Positions 57,901 to 64,000 of a stretch of 64,000 nucleotides of DNA are shown here, piece after piece. The notes below the pieces were generated by a model. The model was not told where the DNA came from. It saw only the letters and a program-made list of their open reading frames with translations, and ran no database searches. Source of the stretch: a bacterium (GTDB lineage Bacteria; SAR324; NAC60-12). Within the stretch, counting starts at the first letter, position 1, and each line of letters opens with the position of its first letter. The stretch lies in NCBI GenBank assembly GCA_965233585.1, contig CBDDTI010000745.1:352001-416000 (forward strand), in the 5' to 3' direction. Position numbers and translations under genes: made by a program.

Positions 57901-59616
57901 TTTCTTTTCTTCTTCTCCCAGATTAATCCATTCTCTTTTTTCATTTAACTTTTTCTGTAATTCTCCAAAAGTATAAACTTTTCTTCGGTGTTGCTTTTTG
58001 ACTTCTTTATCGTCAAAACTAGCTAAATACCAAGTTTCAAGACCTTTCCAACTAGATACTAAATCTTGCGAAAAAAACCTTAAAACTTCTTTGCTAACAT
58101 AAACATCATCTAAGTTTAGATGACTTCCATCATCTTTGTTTTGTTCTTTTCCATATTCCAATAATTCTGTAAAAGATAAATCACCGTTCTCTTTTTGAGT
58201 TTTATCTATATCTCTTATAAAATCTTCTTCTTTTTCTACAAATTTTTTTAATTCTTCTATAAGATGTTTATTGTCTTGAATTGTTTCAATGAATGCTCCT
58301 TTTTTACTTAAAATTTGTTTATAAAATTCTTTTAGAGATGGAAAGTTTTTTCTATCACCATCAATCTGTTGCCTTGTCAGATTAATAATTTCATTGAGTC
58401 CTTGTATTTTGGGGTTTTGTTCCTCTGCTTTCTGTCCCCCGATTATCAGATTATAGTCATCTACTCCTGTTTGAGAAAAGAATCTAAAAAAACTTTCAGG
58501 ACTCAAAAAAACTTCTGCTGAAAAATTTAGCTGTCGTTCTACTTTTCCTATTCTTTCCTGAAAATTCCAACTTTTTTCTTCCAGTTGTTTTTTAATTTCT
58601 TCTTTATTTAAGTATTCTTTTAACTTTTGCCATTTCAAAATATTATCAAAATGAAATTTTATATTCTGCTCAAATAAACGAAAAGCAATAGAAGTAGATT
58701 TAAAAATGCTATCTTTATTTTTAGCATTCTTATTTTCAATATCATAAACATTCTGTCTTGTTGTATTAAAGCCAGAAAAATAAGTATGAAAGGCATCAAA
58801 TTTTTTGATTGAATCAGTTACCTCTTGATTGTTAATAAAATATAACCTTAACAAAGTGAACAGATTATCAGTTTTGTCATAAAGATTTTTAGATTCAGAG
58901 AATTTGTAACCCTCGCATTTTTTGAGTTCTTTAATCTCTTTTTTTAAGTTGTTGATTTTTTGTTCCAATTCTTCTTTTTGTTTTATAAACTCTTCTTTCT
59001 GTTCTTTACTTTCCTTTAAAGTTTTTTTAATTTTTTGTTGTAGGTCACCTTTATAACTTTCAAGCTCATTTTTTTCTTCTTGTTTTTCATCAAGAAGATT
59101 TTCAAGATATTCTCTTTGCTCTGTAAAATTTTCTTCCAAAAATTTTGGAGCATTGGTATCAAGAACACTTTTTAAGTGCTTAGCAAGTTGTTTTTGAATT
59201 TCTATAATTTCTTTGTTATTCTTATCAATTTTACTGATAATTGCTTCTTGGTTTTCTGATTGTTTCTTCTTTTTTAGGTTTTTTAACTCTTTTTTTAAAG
59301 TTACATTTTCAGAATACTTTCCATAAAATTTATTAATTTCATCTTTTAATAAATTTTTAATTTCTTCTGACAAATTTTCTTTATCTAAGGCAAAAGATAA
59401 AAAATGACGGTGCAAGTCGTCTATTGCTTTTTTCACTTGCCTATATACCTCTGATTTTTCCCAATCTTCATAAATGAGTGGAGATAAAGGATTATTAAAA
59501 TCACTTTCCTCTTTTAGCTTTCTTATAATTTCTCTAGTCGCTCCCACAGGTTCCAAGCCAAAGCGAAGGGTTTTTTGCAACGAATATTGATTAATGAATT
59601 TTTTGAAAATGCTCAT
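54982..59616 (-). CDS. cas12a: Cas12a (Cpf1), unusually long (1544 aa)
   Basis: YSLQKTLRF, KLNFENPTLANGWDKNKE, PNLHTIYW, KLNGQAELF; RuvC IIGIDRGE, VVLENL, DSDANGAYNIARKG. Confidence 0.97.
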   Translation of the reverse strand: MSIFKKFINQYSLQKTLRFGLEPVGATREIIRKLKEESDFNNPLSPLIYEDWEKSEVYRQVKKAIDDLHRHFLSFALDKENLSEEIKNLLKDEINKFYGKYSENVTLKKELKNLKKKKQSENQEAIISKIDKNNKEIIEIQKQLAKHLKSVLDTNAPKFLEENFTEQREYLENLLDEKQEEKNELESYKGDLQQKIKKTLKESKEQKEEFIKQKEELEQKINNLKKEIKELKKCEGYKFSESKNLYDKTDNLFTLLRLYFINNQEVTDSIKKFDAFHTYFSGFNTTRQNVYDIENKNAKNKDSIFKSTSIAFRLFEQNIKFHFDNILKWQKLKEYLNKEEIKKQLEEKSWNFQERIGKVERQLNFSAEVFLSPESFFRFFSQTGVDDYNLIIGGQKAEEQNPKIQGLNEIINLTRQQIDGDRKNFPSLKEFYKQILSKKGAFIETIQDNKHLIEELKKFVEKEEDFIRDIDKTQKENGDLSFTELLEYGKEQNKDDGSHLNLDDVYVSKEVLRFFSQDLVSSWKGLETWYLASFDDKEVKKQHRRKVYTFGELQKKLNEKREWINLGEEEKKESANFYTQFIKPIKDNFGQVDQQEGIKKKRAFLKDLPEEDFLFTYLANKFTYLLKQQKEHLRNLENSKILENAKCLTNPFEQEEKNSIKKYLDASQDLYRFLRSFNVKEKDFTHSDKGANQEQIWNDTVIRFTNSDRNNITKFYNKVRNFLTKKEFNEDKYKLNFENPTLANGWDKNKETDNTCVILLKDGKYYLGIMSRDNKNLFDFTKLEKDLEDKKKKIKKKEKNLSEKKEGTKTYKELKSEISILQEEIQGLEIDLSLLSDHSSMYKKMDYKQVANPALDIHNLVYVNGKAERFTKGLDVIRKKHCPEIQKIREKGTYKGTDIVKEDLIKLIDYYKKCALSYWKWADLKFEKTEEYNNLKEFTDDINKQGYKIEFSNISQSYVDRMVENQKFYLFEIYSKDFSKRSQGRPNLHTIYWKALFEEQNLKDVVIKLNGQAELFYRKASLNYSKEKREKGHHYQELKSKFSYPIIKDKRYSEDKILFHCSITINFKSEGRDYISSDINDFLKEHYQDINIIGIDRGEKNLLYYSVIDKDGKILEQGSFNEIDSGFQPAGSQETQKIDYHQKLDEKQKARGKARENWEKVENIKDLKNGYLSQVVHQLAQLILKHNAIVVLENLNAGFKGGRFKFEKQVYQKFEMALIHKLNYLVNKKETDFEKTGHYLKGYQLTNKFKTFSDIGIQSGILFYTDASYTSKTDPVTGYMRGLYPKYSEAKKAQEFFSKFNSIKYNGKFFEFTYNLKNLKGMTGSYEDKKDLDEEKINKIWTICSHVERSQYKEVKLTEEQRKQDEYKEAVNGKWRKNVKVDVNQKLVDLFNKELKDGLENKDYKDFICSQDLTEQFEESKFLAKLIAYLKRLLDMRVFIGDQNNKDDFILSPVEPFFDSRQLKNYKPSEAPLPVDSDANGAYNIARKGVMILERIRDFVKEKEEDKLNLSITKTDWQNFSQKEEIVEKQKAKYEIINKDSEED

Positions 59617-59863
59617 AATAATTCCTAGAATTGAGTTAATGAAAAAACCAATCAGGATAGCATGGCTTTCACAAGAATCAAAGATTTTTCTGCCATTTTG
59701 CGAGAGCTGACCCTTGCTGTCTTTGAAGGCAAGCCTTTTGGTGATTTTGCAAAAAAGATTGCAAAGAAGATGAAAAGAGAAAAAGAAGTCAGGCAGATTG
59801 TGTGAATCTGAACGATAGGTTTGGCTGGAATGATAGAGTTTTCTTTGGGACTAAATGAAGAAC

Positions 59864-61015
59864 CTAAATGAAAGAACTTGCAGTCTGGCGTCCCCACCTG
59901 TCAGCTTCAAAATAGCATTCTAAATCTTGGGTATGATGAAAATCCTGACAAGCAGTTTTCCATTGTTGCATGACACGTTGCAGGGTGGTTGCGATGTCAG
60001 TCAAACCGATGTGTTCGTCAAGAAACGCCTTAACAACACACTCATTTGCACCATTCAACACTGCAGGTGCAAGACCTCCCAAAGATGCGGCATCAAGTGC
60101 AATCTGAAAGCAGGGATAACGTTTGTGACAAATCGGCTCAAAATGCAAGGTGTTTAAACCTTGAGCAGACAATCGGGGCAGTTTGAGAGGAAGCCTTTGA
60201 GGAAAGGATAAGCAGTAAGCAATGGGGAGCCGCATGTCTGGTGCAGACATTTGAGCCATCATAGATCCGTCCACGTATTCTACTAAAGAATGCACATGGC
60301 TTTGCCTATGAATCACAGCTTGAAAAGAAGCAAGGGGAATGTCAAACAAATGAGAGGCTTCCATGAGTTCCAAACCCTTGTTCATCATGGTTGCAGAATC
60401 TACCGTAATCTTGTCTCCCATCTCCCAGTTAGGGTGTTGCAAGACTTCATGCCGTTTGACCTTTGGCAGTTGTTCCAGCGGAACATCACGCAAAGCCCCC
60501 CCAGATGCTGTTAACGTGATTTGATGAACATCTTCTTTCTGCTGTCCTTGCAATGTTTGAAAAATGCCATTGTGTTCGCTGTCCACTGGCAAAATCAGGC
60601 TTCCTGAACGTCTAGCTTCACTCATCATCAAATCCCCTGCCAGCACTAAGGATTCTTTGTTTGCCAAAGCAACAGTCTTGCCTGCACAAATCGCCGCGTA
60701 TGTTGACCTTGCCCCTGCAACACCTACAATGGCAGCCACCACAAAATCCACTTGCGAAAGACTCGCCACCTGTTGTAACCCTTCGCTCCCATGCAATAAC
60801 TTCAGATGCTCTGGCAACGCCCCCAAATCTATCTGTTGCTCTGACGCCACACAGGCAAAAGCAGGCTGGAACTCTTGAATTTGAGAATACAAAAGGTCTG
60901 TGTTGGAATAGCAAGTTAAGGCTTCCACTTGGAAGTGTTCAGGGAATTGCCTGACAATGTCCAACGTACTTTGACCAATAGACCCTGTTGAACCCAAAAT
61001 GGCAATCTTTTTCAC
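59864..61015 (-). CDS. dxr: 1-deoxy-D-xylulose-5-phosphate reductoisomerase
   Basis: LGSTGSIG, LANKESL, PVDSEH, LTASGG, HPNW.MG.KITVDSATMMNKGLE. Confidence 0.98.
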   Translation of the reverse strand: MKKIAILGSTGSIGQSTLDIVRQFPEHFQVEALTCYSNTDLLYSQIQEFQPAFACVASEQQIDLGALPEHLKLLHGSEGLQQVASLSQVDFVVAAIVGVAGARSTYAAICAGKTVALANKESLVLAGDLMMSEARRSGSLILPVDSEHNGIFQTLQGQQKEDVHQITLTASGGALRDVPLEQLPKVKRHEVLQHPNWEMGDKITVDSATMMNKGLELMEASHLFDIPLASFQAVIHRQSHVHSLVEYVDGSMMAQMSAPDMRLPIAYCLSFPQRLPLKLPRLSAQGLNTLHFEPICHKRYPCFQIALDAASLGGLAPAVLNGANECVVKAFLDEHIGLTDIATTLQRVMQQWKTACQDFHHTQDLECYFEADRWGRQTASSFI

Positions 61016-61791
61016 AGCACCAAAGCCAAATAATACACTACGACCAAAGAAGGCAATACCGAATCCAGACGGTCCAGCACCCCTCCATGTCCTGCCAAAA
61101 AGTACCCCGAATCTTTCGCGTCACAAAAACGTTTCAAACGAGACTCTATCAAATCTCCCAACTGCCCCACGATTCCAATTGCCACCCCCACAATCAGCGC
61201 ATCAAACAACGATAAAAATTCAACCAAAAGAGGCATTGAAATCACAGCAAAGACAATCCCTGCCAAGACACCACACAACGCACCTTCCACCGTCTTACCC
61301 GGACTCACACCCGGGCAAAGTTTCACCTTCCCCCAACGTTTACCCCCTAAATACGCTGCAGAATCAACAACCCAAATAGACAACACCACCAGCACAAGCA
61401 GACTTGAACCCTCCTGAAGTTGAGACAAAGCAACCAAATGAGCAAGAGGCAAAGGAATCCAAAAGAGAGCCATCGCAAAAAGCAAGTCCTGCCTCCAGTC
61501 TTTCTCTTGCATGAAGCAACTCAAGGCAAACTTAGCCAATACCAAAGCCCATGCAACGAATGGAGAAAACTCTGCAGAACTGACAATCACAATGGAACAA
61601 AATACCATCGTATATTGAGGCAAGCTGATTTGCTGTTTTTTAAGAAGATGACAAAACTCACAAATGGCAACCCCACCCACCATGGCACACAGTCCTATTA
61701 AAATGAAAACGTTGCCATACCCCAATAAAAAGAGCATGCCAAGAGCAATAGGGGTGGCAGACATCAGGCGTTGCTTCATGTCGCTGTTCAT
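61012..61791 (-). CDS. cdsA: Phosphatidate cytidylyltransferase
   Basis: SPGKTVEG, GDLIES.LKR….KDSG…GHGGVLDRLD. Confidence 0.96.
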   Translation of the reverse strand: MNSDMKQRLMSATPIALGMLFLLGYGNVFILIGLCAMVGGVAICEFCHLLKKQQISLPQYTMVFCSIVIVSSAEFSPFVAWALVLAKFALSCFMQEKDWRQDLLFAMALFWIPLPLAHLVALSQLQEGSSLLVLVVLSIWVVDSAAYLGGKRWGKVKLCPGVSPGKTVEGALCGVLAGIVFAVISMPLLVEFLSLFDALIVGVAIGIVGQLGDLIESRLKRFCDAKDSGYFLAGHGGVLDRLDSVLPSLVVVYYLALVL

Positions 61792-62501
61792 TCTGCACCC
61801 ATTCTACGTTGACGTGTCTGATAGTCTGCAATGGCATGTAAAAACTCTTCTCTTCCAAAATCAGGCCACAAGACAGAGGTGAAGTAAAGTTCTGCATAAG
61901 CAGACTGCCACAGTAAAAAGTTAGACAGCCGTTGCTCGTTGCTGGTGCGAATCACCAAATCTAATTCTGGAAGCCCTGCGGTGTAAAGATGTTTGGCAAG
62001 CAAAGGCTCATCAATCGCTTCAATGCTGAAGTCCCCTTGTCTCACCTTATCAGCGATTTTTTGAGTCGCCTGAACCAGCTCATCTCTGCCACCATAGTTG
62101 ACAGCAAGATTCAAAACAAGTCCTGAATTTTGAGCCGTTTGCGTCAGTGCCTCCTTGAGAGAAGCATGAGTAAAAGTTGGCAAATCATGGATCCTACCTG
62201 AAGTTTTAAGGCAGATGTTATGTTCAACCAACGTGCTAAGCTCCTTTTCCAAATATTCTACAAAAAGTTGCATCAGCACATTGACTTCTTCTTTGGGACG
62301 TTTCCAGTTTTCAGTAGAAAACGCATAAAGGGTCAAAGCACGAATGCCAAGTTCCACAGACGTCTCTACAACAGCCCGTACAGATTGGACAGCATTGCGA
62401 TGCCCTTGCGTTTTTTCAAACATTCTTTTAGAAGCCCAGCGACGATTGCCGTCCATGATGATTGCCACATGTTGAGGTAAGTTATCCAAATCTAAATTCA
62501 T
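61788..62501 (-). CDS. uppS: Undecaprenyl diphosphate synthase
   Basis: HVAIIMDGNRRWA, YAFSTENWKRP, RTS.E.RLSNFLLWQ; start taken at ATG 62501. Confidence 0.97.
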   Translation of the reverse strand: MNLDLDNLPQHVAIIMDGNRRWASKRMFEKTQGHRNAVQSVRAVVETSVELGIRALTLYAFSTENWKRPKEEVNVLMQLFVEYLEKELSTLVEHNICLKTSGRIHDLPTFTHASLKEALTQTAQNSGLVLNLAVNYGGRDELVQATQKIADKVRQGDFSIEAIDEPLLAKHLYTAGLPELDLVIRTSNEQRLSNFLLWQSAYAELYFTSVLWPDFGREEFLHAIADYQTRQRRMGAE

Positions 62502-62791
62502 ACCAAACAAAAGAAACAGCAAAGGATAGCATAGAACTCTCACAAATGTTAGAACATTTCAAAATTCCTGACTCCATCTTGCCATTTCTACCTTGTCAAA
62601 CTCTCTGCTTAAATCCCAGTTTTTTCTACTCCCCAAGCCCCATTTCATCTATAAAGGGAGGACTCTTTTATAAAGATGATTTGAATTTTTTGAAAGAAAC
62701 ATCTTTTTTTTTGGACTCCTTTTTGCTACAATGGTCAACTTGTCTTTTGTGTTCGTAATTTGATTAACTTATTTATAATTAAGAGGTTCTT

Positions 62792-63481
62792 ATGCTTAAT
62801 TCTTATGCTGAAAATACGTATTATCATATACGTCCTGTTGCAGAGACATCTGTACAGGAAAAAATGACTTTCCTCAAGAAAGTCTATGGACTGCTCACCG
62901 CTTCAATGGTGTCTGCCACTTTAGGCAGTGTGATTGGAATGCAACTTGCTCCCATACTTGCCAGAATGGGATTTTTGACCATCATCTTATGGTTTGGTGC
63001 ATTCTTCTTTCTCAAATATACCGAGCGGAAGCCGGGGCTGAACATGGTAGGGTTGTTTACCTTCACAACGCTTTCAGGACTGATGATTGGACCAATGCTG
63101 ATGATGTATATTTCTGCAGGTATGGGAATGGTCGTTGTGCAGGCATTGGCATTGACTGCTGTGACATTTTTGGGTCTGACAGGCTATGTGATTTTTTCCA
63201 AAAAAGACTTCAGCTTCATGTCAGGTTTTTTAACTGTGGGCATCATCGTTTTGATTGCAGGAGTTCTGATTAACTTGTTTGTGCAAAGCTCTATGATGCA
63301 CTTCGTGTTTTCAGGTCTTGGAGTCTTTTTATTCAGTGGATTTATCCTTTATGACACAAGCAACATCATGCGTCGCCACGACTCTTCAGGTTATGTTGAT
63401 GCTACGGTTTGCTTATTCCTTGATGTGTTTAATCTGTTTGTTCATTTACTGAGCTTACTAGGGATTATGAACCGCGATTAA
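62792..63481 (+). CDS. Bax inhibitor-1/YccA family membrane protein
   Basis: Seven-TM pattern; FLKKVY, KKDFSFM, ILYDT, LFLDVFNLF. Confidence 0.92.
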   Translation: MLNSYAENTYYHIRPVAETSVQEKMTFLKKVYGLLTASMVSATLGSVIGMQLAPILARMGFLTIILWFGAFFFLKYTERKPGLNMVGLFTFTTLSGLMIGPMLMMYISAGMGMVVVQALALTAVTFLGLTGYVIFSKKDFSFMSGFLTVGIIVLIAGVLINLFVQSSMMHFVFSGLGVFLFSGFILYDTSNIMRRHDSSGYVDATVCLFLDVFNLFVHLLSLLGIMNRD

Positions 63482-63507
63482 ACTCAAATGAGGCAGGTAA
63501 CTGGCGA

Positions 63508-64000
63508 ATGCTTCACTCTTTCAAAGTTACCTGCTCTCTCCTTTCTTGCCTCTTTCTCCTTGCCTCAACGTCTTTTCTCATTGCTCTAGTCCTTAACTTC
63601 TCTCAAATCATCACAGATTTTCAAAACGCCCTCCAAAATTTACCAGAAAATACCTTGCTGTATGACAGAAACACCTCTGTTTATGCCACCATCAAAGGAG
63701 TTGAAAATAGAGAGTCTATCACACTGAACCAGATGGGAGGTCATATACCCTTTGCTACCGTTGCCGCAGAAGATTCAAGGTTCTTTCATCACTGGGGAGT
63801 TGACCCCATTGGAATTATACGTGCGTTGCTTGTCAATCTCACAACCCAAAGCTATCAGCAAGGGGCAAGCACCATCACCCAACAACTTTCAAAATTACTA
63901 CTGCTTTCACCCAAACCCACCTTGAGACGCAAGGCACAAGAGATTTTAAGTGCCATCTCCTTAACCATTCAATACGACAAAACATTCCTGCTGCAAACGT
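63508..64000 (+). CDS. Class A penicillin-binding protein (transglycosylase domain), 3' partial
   Basis: Not in the ORF track; manual translation gives an N-terminal TM, EDSRFFHHWGVD and GASTITQQL. Confidence 0.92.
   Translation, partial: MLHSFKVTCSLLSCLFLLASTSFLIALVLNFSQIITDFQNALQNLPENTLLYDRNTSVYATIKGVENRESITLNQMGGHIPFATVAAEDSRFFHHWGVDPIGIIRALLVNLTTQSYQQGASTITQQLSKLLLLSPKPTLRRKAQEILSAISLTIQYDKTFLLQT

Noticed and set aside
54982..59616. Cas12a2 or a nuclease-dead effector
   Set aside because: Canonical Cas12a WED/REC/Nuc motifs and all three RuvC acidic residues are present
59652..59897. 81-aa ORF between dxr and cas12a as an accessory cas gene
   Set aside because: Overlaps dxr, is low complexity and has no motif; unsupported without a homology search

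Overview
Bacterial chromosomal window, AT-rich and IS-riddled; taxonomy cannot be fixed from sequence alone. 1-19.6 kb: housekeeping genes plus a low-GC surface-glycan cluster (GT2s, SAM methyltransferases, ChbG-type deacetylase, GT-C-like protein, rmlA/rmlB) with an IS1-split methyltransferase and a tandem DUF29 duplication whose copies differ mainly in two short patches. 19.8-33 kb: a decayed defence/accessory island containing helicase and type IIG RM pseudogenes, a BrnT-like TA pair, Mu-like prophage remnants (MuF-PBECR2, Mor) around an intact RosmerTA-like module, two IS1-family species and REP-like palindromes. 39.5-59.6 kb: a complete type V-A CRISPR-Cas locus (cas12a-cas4-cas1-cas2) with about 197 spacers by manual count and an IS1 inside one repeat. 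Its Cas12a is unusually long (1544 aa), with two coiled-coil-like insertions and a non-canonical PAM-interacting segment; this is the best candidate for a new system variant. The window ends with uppS-cdsA-dxr, yccA and a partial class A PBP.
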